Origin: Pocillopora damicornis
Lineage: Eukaryota
NCBI RefSeq assembly: GCF_003704095.1
Contig: NW_020844815.1
Span: 124,001 to 188,000 of the forward strand
Direction: 5' to 3'
DNA length: 64,000 nucleotides
How positions within the stretch are numbered: the stretch's first letter is position 1; every line of letters begins with the position of its first letter. A model generated the notes under the pieces. The model did not search any database. It worked only from the letters and a program-made list of their open reading frames with translations, and was not told the origin of the DNA. The position numbers and the translations under genes were made by a program. Positions 1 through 13,374 of the stretch are shown here, piece after piece.

Positions 1-162
1 GTGAGATTAACGATGACTTGAAATGGCATACAGAATTGACACGACCGCCATCTTGGGGTGAAATTGACTTTTGATTGCTAGGCGACGGATGAAGCAAACG
101 GTACAAAAACGAGGCTAACGTGACGTCACGCTGTTATTCCGTGTTTTGAGTTTAAGTTTAAG

Positions 163-3100
163 ATGGGGGGCCAGCATTCTCAATTCACGGAAGAAGAACT
201 GAAAGATTATCAGGTAAAAGTTCTATCTCCGAGCGAACTATTTACTCCATCCGTTTTTTAATCTTTTCACTGATATTACTTGGGTTTCTGGTGGGAAAAA
301 AACATAAACATTCTCTCATTTGGATGTGTCTTCATGCTGCAGGAACTGACGTACTTTACTCAAAAGGAAATCTTACAGTAAGTTTCTGCTTAGCTTTACA
401 CGATTTACGAGAAATTAATTCGTCGATATGGTATTTTTTTTTATAAATTCGAGGGTTAGAATGTTTTATGCTGACCTTTTTTATTTGCTATGTTTAAAAT
501 GTCAATTTTACTGGTTAGAGTAGTAGTTATTAACATATTATACATGTTAGGTTGTCTAAGAGAGACATACATGTAAGATTGCATTTTAAATCATATAATC
601 ATTTCATTAATACCTTATTTTACTCCTATAGTTGTCATAAAAGATTTTCGCAACTTGATCCAGACGCTGTGAGACTTAACAAAAATGCAAAACTTCCATC
701 AAGAAAGATCATGACCTTACCAGAGCTAAGGGTATGTAATCTACTGCTGTTATTTTTCCATTTTAAACTAGTCAGAGTAACTTCAAGAGCAGCATAGAGC
801 CAGGGTTTAATGCTTACCTGTGTTTTATAATGTCACTAGTAGGATTTTTACCAGTTGTATCTGATTCTTACTCTTTTCAAGATAAAATTTGAACAATGAT
901 GTCTGGTTATTTTATTATCCAGGTGAATCCCTTTAAAGACAGAATTTGTAAAGTATTTTCCTCATCCAAGGATGGAGAACTGACATTTGAAGATTTCCTG
1001 GATATGATGTCTGTTTTCAGTGAAAATGTGAGTTTACAAGCTTTCCTAAAATGGTGAATATTTTAGGATTAAAGACTGACCTGAGTGTGTCGAAAGAAGA
1101 AATTCTGAATGCATTGACTTTAGACTAAACAAAACCTCTTTTTGGGTTTAAATTTTCAGGTATCAGTATGTCCCTAATAAACTTGGTTTTATAAAGCTTT
1201 GTAGACTGAAATTTGAAAAGTTTGATTTGGATTTAACATAATCAACAAATACACATTGAATCTTATCACCTCTCTCTACAAGGCTGTGTGTGATTAAAAA
1301 AATATGTTTCTTAAATTTCTTGTTTACTTTGGCCGATTTTTAAACTTTCAAGGAGAGAAAACATTATTTTAAAGAGATGGAACACAGAAAAATTGCACAG
1401 ATCCTGAGTCCTGTAATATCAGGCCACCTTTTTTTTGGCTATCTCAAGTATTTTACTTAGAGTGACTGTTGTTGGAGTTCAGAGAACCTTAATCAGTATA
1501 GCAATTAGATTTGTTCTGTTTTCTACTCCAAAACTGTTTTTTATCCCAAAAATCTGTCTCAGACATAGAGGAAAGGTACTCAGGGAGGGGGAGATTGCTG
1601 TTAGTTGTGTTTGTTGTTATACCCCTCCTGTGTGATTCTAACCCGTTCTTTTCCTTTACCTTAGGCTCCTAAGAGTGTAAAAGTGGAGTATGCTTTTAGG
1701 ATTTATGGTAGGTTTGACACTGAGTAATTGCAATTTCTATGAAAAGGTATTATTCTATTTCTTTAATCCTCTTTTCATTTGCTTTTTGTGTCATTTTACA
1801 TAACTAAGAATTCAGAAGATTTTCAAACTTGCATACACTGTAAGTAATGTAGACTCCTGTTCCAATTGATGACAAAAGTAAATGATTTAAAAATTTTGTG
1901 ACATTTGATATCCTCATGTTATTGTTGTTGAAGGGGGGGGGGTGAAATTCTGCTTGTTTAATAGTAAAATCAAGTGTAGGGTATCTTTAATCTGAAGGTC
2001 TTTTTTAGTGACATGAACAAAGCAACATACAAATTCAGCATAATCTCTGTAAAAAGCCACAGGCCACAACTAAGTAGTAGACACATTTCCAGTGAAATTG
2101 TGGATTATTTTTTTTTGCAATGCATGTGGGGGCAGTCTTTTACAAATTCCACAATCTGATTGGTTTTGAGAGCATGCAGTATACTCCCAATTGGCATGCT
2201 CACAGTGGATGGCATTCTATCCATTGCTTGTTGAGTTGCTAGAGACATCCTTAGCTTTGTTGCAAATTTTCATAAATAACTTTGTTTTTCCATCTGGGCA
2301 GCATTTCCAAGCAAAGATTTTGGTCACAACCTTTAGCCAATAAATAAATAACTCAATTCTCTCCTCTCTCTCTCATATTACTTTGGTTTTTTAAATAGAC
2401 TGACATGCTGCCTACAAAACTGTTTGTAATTTTATAATCCTTCTCAAAAAGTAACTCACTAAGTTGAAACCAGTGGTATTTGCAGTTAAAAATTATATTC
2501 ATTTAACCAAGGTAAATTTCATCCATTTTATTATCTGAATTCTCCAAAACAATTTGCTTGTTGTAAAACATTGAACAAAATTTTGAGTTCTACTATAAAT
2601 AAACTTTCAATAATTCTGCAAGTCCCATGAATTGACATTTCTAAGGTACATTTCACAACAGCAACCAAAGTAATTTGATACATAAAAGTTGCATTATATC
2701 CCCATGTGTCTAGCTAGAAAAAGCATTGCACTTGACTTCTGTTTTTCAGTGGAAGAAAGACAAGATTTACATATGCCATTGAAGCAGACAAACAAATAGA
2801 GTCTCATAACTTCAAAACCTACATTTAGATTTGTTTACAATTTGACTTTCCTTGACTTTTAAAACTGGACAGAGGTAATTCTTTGCAGATAAATTGTCAT
2901 GAGAAAAGTGAAAATTTTTTCCATGAGATCAGTGAAGAAGAAAAGTCACTGTGACAGTCATTTAACTTGAGTATGCCTGCCAAACCAGTGCTGTTATTTT
3001 TTCAAAAGTGTATGCAGACTTTCTTTTTTTCTTACCAGCTCTCTAATTATTGAGTGTCAAATCATGAGAGATACTTCAAAGTTTGCTAGGAGGCCTTTTA

Positions 3101-6100
3101 AATCACCCTTATCAGTATGCAGATAAAGGTGTTTTCATGAAGGCTTGCTTTTTAATTTACACTACCTCTCTTTTCTCTACCATCTACTTGTTCATAAACT
3201 GTTCAGTTTATGAGGATCTTACTTTCATTCCTTTGAAGAGCATTTGGTTACATTTTAGAAAAAGTGAAAATGTTATTCACTAGCCTAGGTCGGTCCATAT
3301 TTGGAAAAACTGTGCCCTCTGTCATGAGTACCACCTACAGCCTCGGGCAGTATTCAAGAAATCAGGCACAGTTTAATATGGACCTCCCAGCTGGTGAATA
3401 ACATACATATAACCCTAACCACTGTTAGTCTTAGTTTGACTTGTGTTCTCCAAAGATTTTTATAGTAGCACCCACCCCTTATGAAATATAAGGTTGCAAA
3501 GGTCAAAATTTATTTGAGATGGAGATAGGTATTTTTTCTTAAATGTGGCTTCAGAATGGAGTAGCTGGTAAAACTGCTTGTTGTTGGTGCCTCTGGAGAA
3601 CACACTATGGCTCCCTCTTCTTCAAACAATGCATTTTTTTTTCTTTGATTACACAACATTGAAGACAGGAACAAGATTTGGTGATGTGAAATGTGGTACA
3701 CTCTAAACTCCAATTTTTGATACTCTAAAGTGTCTACCCGAATGATATTCATCAACAAAGGTTTTTGAGATTTGCTGCACCCATGACTAATGAAAGTGTT
3801 TGATTGCATTCACAGATTTCAATGACGATGATTACATCTGTGATAATGATCTAAAAAAAGTTATCCAGCGACTGTGTGGGGAGCAGAGGTTGTCTGATGA
3901 TAATGTGAATGCTTTAATTCAAAAGGTAAATCATCTATTCAGCACAGTGATCACTGATAACATCTTCAAAAGTAGTTTGCATTTCTCAAGGAATCTTTTT
4001 CTTCCTATGTGCATGGTAAAGCTAACAATTAGCTGTCTTATTTTACTGATGCTGGTTCACAGAGCTTGAAGGTACTTGTTTATGCAATTTACTGTTGAAA
4101 TAATGTTGATGAATGGTTGGAAATTACCTGGCAAGGTAAATTCATGGGAGCTGATGATTAGGAGAGTATTCAATCATTAAGTTTATTTATGGTGTTGATT
4201 GGCATGTTCAAACAGGTAGCATTGTAAATTTTACTCAGTACAAAAGGTGTGAAAGTAATGTTTCTCTTTTAAGCAATTGTCTCAAACATCAGTAAAGAGC
4301 AGGATTGATGAAGAAAGTCAAGAAAGAGAGACTTTCCATGAACTACAATGTATCAAATTGTCTCCTATCCAGGATTTAGTGGTCTTGAGCTTGTAAATAA
4401 TCTTGACTACTGATAATTTAAATTTTCCAAGACAGAGCTAACTCTTATAGCAGTTTCAAAGTGGCAGAGACACTATCTAAAGTTTTTTTTTGCTTTAAAC
4501 TTTGCTCCTAGGTTACAGGAAATATGCACTTTGATTCATATCCAAAAACCCCATTCAGGGGAAATTTAACCTTTCAGTGAAATAACTGTAACTGTCTTCA
4601 TTTTGTCCAGCCCTCCCACCCTCTCTCCATGGATAGTACCAGAACATTCAACCAAATGTAGAGTTTTTGTTTATATACTATTGACAACAAAGAAACGTTT
4701 TCCTTAGTTGAGTCCTTTATTTCAACAGCTATTGCTTTGCGCATATTCTTTGAAAATTGTAGGAAAATGAATTTACAACACAGCATCACTCCATTCATCA
4801 TAGCATTAATTTGATAATAATTTGATGTTAATTTGATGAACTCTTGTGTAATATTTATAATCATTCTTTAAAATGGTGAAATGCCAAAAATTTACAAGTC
4901 ACCTTAGAGGGAGAATGAGGGTCCAATGCACTGATTTGTAAACAATTGTAACAACCTTAAAGTCAACCAGCTGGCAAGACTTATTACCCCTTTAAATGTA
5001 GTACAGCAATCCAATTAACCCTTTAACTCTTAGTCATGATTGATAAGCAAATTCTCCCTAAAACATACATACATACATTATCCAGCAAACAGGTCATAAG
5101 AATATTCAAACTTATCAGGTAAAACTTGTTATCTTGATCCAACACCAACCTTTTGTAACTAATTTAAAAGGAAAATCGCTCTGACGAAGGGCTTACACTC
5201 GAAAACGCTCAAAACGTCAGCTTTTTTAGCCTTTACGGTGGCTAATTTACGTTTTCAACCCAGTTGTTAACACTAAATTACCTGCTAATTTAAAAGGAAA
5301 TGTGTAGCAGGTGGAGGGGAGAATTAACTATCAGATCTTGAGATTTAAAGGGTTAAAGAAATTTCACTTCAGTTATCAACTAATATGTCACACAAAGAAA
5401 ATTTTAAAAAAGCAGAAAAGTTAAGACCAGCAGTTCTCTATCTACTCCAGCTGTTTTATTCAAAGCTTGTAGGAATGTCTTGGAAGTCTCAACTGTCTTC
5501 TTTATATTCTCTTCATTTGTCGCCATTTCTCTTTTTCAAGGGAAGGTTGGCATCTGTTTGTGTAACTGGTATACTAGGTAATGGTTCAAATTCCAGTTCT
5601 ACACTTTTGGGCCTCTTTCCCTCAATACTGTTGTGATATCCATACAAAAAATACACAAACATTCCTGAAATGACAGAGAAATACAATTAATGAATATGTT
5701 TTTTGTTCTGTATTTTGTTCTTAATGTTCTCTTTGAGTCAAGTCTGGTTCTTTTAATGTTTATTTGGTTGGTTCAAGGGGTAAGCACTTTTCGGTAAGGG
5801 GCAACCACAAGTGATGAACGTTTTCCCATGCTCTTATTTTGACGCTGTTGATATAAATTAGTAGAGTTTGATTTCCACAGTTGAGAAGGTCATTAGAACT
5901 CTGTTTTCCATTTTCTTGCATCACTGACTTTGTGTCCATTTGGAAGGTATTCACAAGTCTGTCGCATAACTTTTTTGGTGTCATCAGAGGATTAATTAAA
6001 GGAGGGGCAAAAATTTTAACACTTAACTGTTGTGTTGGTGGTTTGAAAAAAAAAATCTAGACACAGTTGTCCTCTTGGAAGCATAGTTATGATATTGAGT

Positions 6101-9100
6101 TTAGTTTTGTAGTTTTTCCACTTTACTGCCTCATTGATTTGTTCTCGAATGCAGCTTATTATCGTTTAGATTTGGATATGATTAGTTTTTCATGTTTCGT
6201 TACCTTTTTGGCGTTCATGCTTTGTTGCCTAATATGGTATATTTTATAGTTATTAATTGTATCATCCATATTTTGTAATTGTTTTGAGGGCCACAGAGTC
6301 ATCAGTGTCTTTGGGCTACTGTTAAGTGTTTTTACCCTCTCTAAATAAAGCCTATTGTTACTATTATTTTTGGATTAAGGTGTGGCGCGCAATAACTTTT
6401 CTGCGGACTGTAAAAATTTTCTTTCATATTATTCTATGTTGTTGGAGTTCACTAGAAATATCTCGGCAATACTGTGAATACTGATTTTGTACATAGACTG
6501 CATGGGATAAATTTGACATAGATTACCGAGATAAGGCGTTTAGACTGCTATTGTTTGTTTGGCATCGTTGAGCATTTTTTTCCATTATTTTATGCTGGAA
6601 TAAAAAGAGAATTATGAACCAAAATGGGACAAACTTATGGTTTCTTTACCAATGTTTCCTCCTCTTTTACAAACATTTTTGCAAAAGAGTGGTTTGAGTA
6701 ATATTTTGATGCGTGGGTAACGGTTGAGTACCTCTGTTCCTAATGGAAAAACCATCAAGCGAAACGTCACGAATAGCTCAACTTAAGTCTAAAGGTTGGC
6801 ATTAATTGGTTTTTCGTCGCTCTATCCCACGTGCGCGACTGAACTAGCGCGCGTCTTTGGCGCGCGCCAAAGACGCGCTTGTTTTCGCGTGCGTGGAAAC
6901 GCGTTTACTTTCGCACGCGCGGATTCCCTCCGCGAGAAGAATGTGCTTGTTACTGCTAGTGAGGAGTGTTTTGGCGCGTAATATGAGTGTTTGTTTGTGC
7001 TTGTGCGAAATTAAATATGCGCGTAGCTGTATGCCCTCATGTGTGAAATCAGCGATACTGCCAAGTTTCGCTGAACTGAAAGAAAATACAATTTGTACAT
7101 ACGAATAAATAAAGCTACTTACCTATGGTTATCCAAATTGTACATTTTATGTAGGTGTGTGTTTGAAACAGTGTCATCAAAAACGTGTTTATAAATATAC
7201 TGAGTGATGGAAGAAGAGGAACACATGGAACCATAAACGAAAAAGTAGCACTGTTCCGGGGCTGAAATAGAAGAACTATAAGACAGGCTATTGTGATGGA
7301 CGAGTAAAGCGCCACGGGGAAGATCGTGAAAGCATCAATATTCTCTGAGTTAGTCATCCAAGTTCTGAGATATACGCAAACGGCAAACATGGATAGAATC
7401 ATGACGAATACCGTGACATTCACTATGGTGTTAGAGCACTCGCTTGGACTAGCGTGACAGGTTGTCGTGACACTGTCACTCTCGGACAGCGGAAGTTTCT
7501 TGTAGTTGACATTCTTTCCTCTCCTTCTCTTCTTCAGTAACGTTCGAAGCCAAGATTGCGTTCGTTCCAATAACTGCTCTTCATAGCATACCCACTGGGG
7601 ATTTTTTTGGTAGCGAGTAAGTATCACTGATATAGACACCATGGTGTAAGTTATAAGGGTCATAATGGCCATCATCTCCACTAACTGTTGCATGTTAAAC
7701 AGAAACGCAAGCAGCGCGCTCAGAACTCCACTGACAGCCACAGCTCGCAATGGAACCTGTCTGTCCTTGTTTATTTTAGTGAAGCAACCAAAAATGAGAC
7801 CGTCATACGCAACAGCGTAAATCAGACGCGGTGTCGCGAAACACGCTGCCAGCAAACTACTCAGCATCGCGCATAAGGCGCCAACGGAAACGATGTACGT
7901 TGATGCAGCAAATCCACGTTTGGCGAAGGCGGCGGCGACGGGTGCAAGGTCCTTTAACTGATAATAAGGAACCATCATGGTCAGAACTACGATGACTCCG
8001 ATGTAAACAAACAGGCTTATTCCCAAAGACAGAAGAATAGCCAGTGGTACAGACACCTTGGGGTTGACAGCTTCCTCGCTCGCACTTGGTATAGTATCGA
8101 AGCCTATGAAGCAATAGAAGCAGCTAGAGGCAGCTTTAAATATACCTGTCCAGCCGTACGGCGCAAACTTCTCCAAAGTGGACCAGTTGTAAGCATTGGC
8201 ATGGTAGGCCCCGGCAAAGATAACGAAAGTTGCTATGAGCAGGTTGGCAAAGACTGTCACGTCCAGTATGGTTTTGGACTCTTTCACCCCCAGGCAGATT
8301 ATCATTGTCGCTAAAAAAACTAACGTAAAGGCTAAAAGATCGGGAAGCTCTGAAAGCGCCGGCGCTTGCCAAAGGCCGAATGAATCCTCGAAGAATTTGT
8401 ACACAGAACCATTGGAGAGAAAATTAATGTACTCGCTACAGGCCGATGCCAGGGACGCGGCGGACAGAACATACTCGGTAATCATACACCAGCCGGTCAC
8501 GAAGGCCCAGATCTCTCCCATGCCAACGTACGTGTAGATGTAGCCAGAACCGGAGCGGCTTACTCTGGACGAAAACTCCGCATAATTCATACCGGCCAGG
8601 AGGGAAGCTACAGCCGCAATTAGGAAGGACACGATGACGGCTGGACCCGCAACCGAGTGCGCAAGCTGACCGATTACAACATATAGCCCTGCGTCTATCA
8701 AGCCACCGATACCGAGAGCTGTCAGATCAAACACGTTCATACAACGCTTAAAGGGTGTGTCACTCTGAGCAAAATCATCAGTTTTCCTTCTGGTCAAGCT
8801 TTCAATGAATTTATAACCATACATCGCGACCGCGTTGTGGATGGAATTCTTGTAAATAAAAATTTCAATGCGATGCGAAGGCGCGCACCCCAAGCGTATA
8901 CAGTCCAGCAATCTTGTTTTTTTCTAGTTGTACGCCGCTCATTTGAATATTGACTTTGGACGCGCTCGACCATAAACAGTCGGCATTCAAGCATGAAATA
9001 ATATTATTTTTTGTCGAGTGCGGAGGCGTTCAGGATTGTTCTGGTAACATGGTAAACGCTCGTTTGGAGTCGCACACATTTTTCTGCCATGTTGCCGTGT

Positions 9101-11794
9101 CTATCTGAAAAATCTTATTAGGCTTTGATGGGTCTGAATTGTTTTGAGGATTGAAAAATTATTTCGCGTCGAGGCAATTGGAATCTTCTAGTTCTAAGAA
9201 TAGTGATGAGACAACGAAAATCTAATTATAAACTGAACCATCCACTTTTACGAGTATTCCAAGTAGAAGTTTTGAATTTTTTTTGTTTTCGCTTTCCCCT
9301 GATTCGGTTTTTACAAGAAACTTGTTTAGTTATTTCTTACGATGTCTTTACGAGTTGAATGTCTTTACGAGTTGAATTCTTAATGCAATATGTGAAGCGT
9401 AAAAAACAGGGTTACTCTATTATTCCAAAAGAATTACACAAGCTTCTTTTTTACTCCTTTGCGGCCATTTAAATCCCTTTTTGTTTTTCATTCATACGCA
9501 AATTAAACCTTTTTCTGAGCTTATCTTAGTAGTTTTTTTTTTTACCATTCATCAAGCGGAAACGATATTAGTGGTTTAAAGTTTGTTTACGCTTGTTTCA
9601 AATCATTGCTTTTTACTGAAGGCGTTTTTGTTCTGAAAGCTGAGGACTTTGGACAGAAGCGCTGAAGCGTTGTTCTTGGCGCCAACGCGCCTTAAATAAT
9701 AAACAACCAAAACATATTTTACCTTTCCGTTAAAACAGCTCTATAAACCAAAAACTGTTGTCTGACGAATAAGTTTTCTTGTGCTCGATAGTTCTGGATC
9801 AAGCCAAAACTTCAACGTAACATGTATTGATATTGAGCAGTCTGATCCTGGAGCGTCTTCCAACCAAGCCACTCTCATTAAATTTTTTTGAAAGTTCCAA
9901 ACCATATAAAGGGTGGAACACACAGAATATTGTTTATGCCTTTATTTTTTACACCTCGTAATACAAGAGATTGCAGATATTAGTTGTGAGGCTACGAAAT
10001 TGCAAAGTTATTCGAATGGAACTTTAGGATTGTGGGCGGCAAAGAATTTGACCGACGCCGTCTTACTTCAGTAATTTTAATTTTTTATGACATCATAGAA
10101 ACAAAACACCATTCATTTAGAGGAATTCAAAGCGTTAATCAATTCTGTAGTCAATATCATTTGTTTACCTCTTGTCGTTCATCAAGCTAACTTTTCGTAA
10201 GGTTTTCTTTCAAAACCTTGCTTGGAATCTTAGAGTTCAACGTTGGGCTTCTTTCATCTATTGTAAAATTATTACAAGTTATTGATTTTACTGGGTAACC
10301 ATACATTACGTAAGAGTTAGTTAGACCCTCTTGGGTTTCTGTTGATATAGTATTTAGGGGGGGTGGGAGAGGGCTTCCCTTAGTCTCTCAAAGCGAGGCT
10401 CAAGCGACATAAAGTCAGCATTTATTGGGATACTTGAGGGACATTCTTACACAGACATTTTCGACAAAGTAGAAAGAGTGCTAGAAGGTTAGCTGATAAG
10501 AGTGACCAGCATCTAATTTCTCCTTATAGTAATACTACAAATGTTTCATTAAGATCATGGAAAAAAAGGAAATGATCGCCAACCTTAGAAACTAACTGTT
10601 AAATGAATTTTCCCTGTCAACACCTCACGAATAGGCCATTTTACAGTTGTGTACTTAGTTGCCAAGCCTTTGATTTGGAGTGAGGCTGAAGGTGACCTTG
10701 TTGTGATAGAGACCAGTATCTAGTTAGCATGATAACAAAGTAATTTTCATTTGAAAAGCAGCAAGGTTTGTATCATAACAAGGTCACCCTTAGCCTCATT
10801 CCTGTTCAAAGGCTTGGCAACCAAGCACACAACTGTAAAATGGACTATTGTATGGAGAATGGTAGGGAGAATATTTATGCTGAAAGGTTTAACTTGCAAT
10901 ATTTGATGAGTTATGTAAAATTTCTTGGCTAATCAGTTAAGAAAATTTGGTATCATATCACCATAACATTCTCTAGCAGTAGGCTGTTGGTAATTTTTTT
11001 GGGCTTGAAAATGAATGATACCTGTACAGAAGGTTGAAAGAATGACTATCTTACACTTTGATTCATTCCAGATATTTGACGAAGCTGATCTGGATGATGA
11101 CAATCAACTTTCTTTTGCTGAATTTGAGCACGTGATATCAAAGGCACCAGACTTTGTTAAGTAAGTTTTTTTCTTTCTGCCTGCCTTTAGACGAAAAACA
11201 CTCAAGGTTCCAAATATTATGCCATCTATTAAGTAACTCTTTTTTAAGGAACTTTGAAGGCTAGACGGAGTGTCATGTGAGGGGGTGTTGAGCCTCCAAT
11301 TTTTTCATCACCCGTGCTCTACAGTCTTCATTGCACATGACTCGTTTAAACTCCGCTAAGGAGGAACTCGAACTGACTGGCCACACCGTTCACTTTGGAG
11401 GCTTATATCCCTCTTTTCACGAGATTTCCTAGTTCAGTTCGTTGATGTCTTTTAGGGATTGACCTATCTATTTAGGTAGTTTCGCCTTATAATTTGGACT
11501 TTATTAAGTGAATGGACGGGTCTGGCCGGCTAGTTCTGATGAATTGTAAGCACCCTAAGTTGCGGTACCAGCTTCCTGTAAGTAAACGTGTTTTTATCTC
11601 TCTTGCGCAAATTCCTGGTGGTACTGAACACTTTTCCTGGTGCCTCCTTTTAGTTGGTCCCACTACTGGAGTTCTGTTCACCAAACACGAGGCCACCGTG
11701 TTTATTTTTGTAGTTTTGACTCTTGGTAGAAGAGGGTCTTTTTTTTTAACTTACACTTTTTTTGTCTTGTAGCTCTTTCAGGATCCGTGTGTAA
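163..11794 (+). CDS. CIB1: Calcium- and integrin-binding protein (CIB1-like EF-hand protein), 8 exons, ~184 aa
   Basis: GT-AG exons 163-213, 343-377, 632-731, 923-1027, 1665-1707, 3816-3925, 11072-11160, 11773-11794 splice in frame: [34 protein letters not shown]...[62 protein letters not shown]...[37 protein letters not shown]-terminal MG and EF-hands are typical of the CIB family. Confidence 0.93.
3270..3404. mobile_element. Short MITE-like inverted-repeat element
   Basis: ATGTTATTCAC...GTGAATAACAT termini with internal inverted segments (ggtccatatt/aatatggacc, aactgtgcc/ggcacagtt). Confidence 0.55.
5015..5356. mobile_element. TTAA-flanked MITE (piggyBac-like ends) containing a nested insertion
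   Basis: Ends TTAA-CCCTTTAACTC...TTTAAAGGG-TTAA. Internal sequence shared with 22299-22510, 31770-31982, 57954-58126. Confidence 0.8.
5175..5284 (+). mobile_element. Penelope-like/hammerhead-bearing short retro-insertion with 16-bp TSD
   Basis: CTAATTTAAAAGGAAA is duplicated at 5159-5174 and 5285-5300. The insert begins gctCTGACGAagggcttacactCGAAA..., same family as 18970-19100 and 24168-24327. Confidence 0.7.
5513..8824 (-). CDS. Cationic amino acid transporter (SLC7A1-4/CAT family), 2 exons, nested antisense in CIB intron 6
   Basis: Exon 1 8824-7123 (ATG of MYGYKF..., motifs [65 protein letters not shown]) ends at a GTAAGT donor. Exon 2 5664-5513 follows ttctctgtcatttcAG and encodes (G)[16 protein letters not shown]...NGDK*, the typical CAT C-terminal YxxYGxxHS motif. 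Confidence 0.92.
10630..10849. mobile_element. Foldback MITE with ~75-bp TIRs, nested in an older MITE (approx. 10488-10892)
   Basis: AATAGGCCATTTTACAGTTGTG..GGTGACCTTGTT / AACAAGGTCACC..CACAACTGTAAAATGGACTATT. The flanks resume the family seen at 40746-40960 and 48992-49188. Confidence 0.75.
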
Positions 11795-13374
11795 AGACCA
11801 TCAGTCCAACACAGCTATAATGCATTTCTCGTCCATGGACTGTCGTTAATTTCAATATTTGTAAACTGGTAAACTGGTAAACTGGTAGTTGTGGGGCGTT
11901 GGTTGGTCACAGACAAAGACTATTTCAATGCATTAGGGGAGATTAATAGAGCTTAAATGAGGTGTGAATTTTTTTAAGGCGGGTCCTTAGCTTGAATACA
12001 TGCAAAAGTGTTTTGTAAATGAGAGTAAGTGAGTAATCATCCTGAGGAGCTAAACATCTATTTTTGCCGTTACTCGCACACCCTCATTCGTTTGTATTTG
12101 TACAGTGTATACTACCTTTGTACGACACTTTCTTAATGCTAGTTAACGTGTCGTTCATCTGAGAAACTCATAGTGATTAGAGATTTGGGGTTTACAAGAC
12201 TGCTATGAAAAAAAATTTTGGATAATGATCGCGATCTAGATAGAACATTCTCCGCTTTGATGTACGTGAGTAAATGCTCGACTTTAGGCAGACGGCACTA
12301 CTTTCTGATCTGTGCTATCGGTGTTTGCCGGGTCTCTGGCCATTTCTGTGTATGACTGAATCGGGAAATTCCATGTGTGCTTTTTGATTACGTGAACATG
12401 TTGACTAGAAATGAAGATTTTAAAGAGGGGGGGAGGGGTTCTTTCATACATCGAGAGGCTGCAACATTCGGTATTTCTATATTAGCTTTGTAAAATAAAG
12501 GCACATTTGCACTGACTGAACTTTGTATGCCGGCTTTGAAATTCTGTAATCTCTGAGGAATATCATCATAAACAATTCTCTACGATTGGGTCAGTTGTGT
12601 CTATAACTGTAGCTTTCGCTATGTCGTGAAACTTACTTGTATCACTCAAACTTTTTTGCTCGTGTGAGCATCATAATTTTTATTTTTGTACAATGACGGG
12701 TGAATTAGTTTAGGATACGTAAGCTTGTTGCTTATCCAGAGCGTTTAGATGTTACGTAAGGGACGTGTTTGGTAGTGAGCTTGGGTGCTCTTCTTTGTTT
12801 ATCACAAATAAACTAATTTTGATAAACTGAGCATTTGCAGCCAGAATCATTTTTTTAAACGCAACTAATTTCGTATCAAATAGCCTTTTTCCTATTTGAT
12901 GGTAGTGTGCGACTCGGGCTTAGAACTCCATGATTGTCGTGTGCATCCATCTCGAAGTGGCGTTTTGGGGTCGCAGTGACCGCCTCTACCAGTGGCTTCA
13001 GTTATGTAATGTAGAGGTTTCGGGTAGGGATGTGTTTGTCGTCATTATTAAAAGGTGGCTGATTCAAATCAGTTCTTTGGCTGACTGAATATTTACATCA
13101 AATTCTCCAAGACTATAGGTAGAAGCCTTCATAGAGCTCTGAGTTGGAATAAGATGAAATAAGCATTTGTTAACAAAAACTAACCTACCAGACTGATTGA
13201 GTGCAAACATACCCAAGGCAATCTAATAATATTTAATATCTAGTTAATATTTAATTGAGATCTCATTGGCTTTTATTAATATTTACCACAACTTTTCTGA
13301 ACGGTCGCGATGATTACTTTATATTTTACAGCACAATCCTCTATCAAAAACATCTTTACCCGTTGAAACCTGAG

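Noticed and set aside
7688-8537. Short ORFs overlapping the transporter exon
   Set aside because: Shadow frames of a GC-richer real exon; no recognisable motifs.
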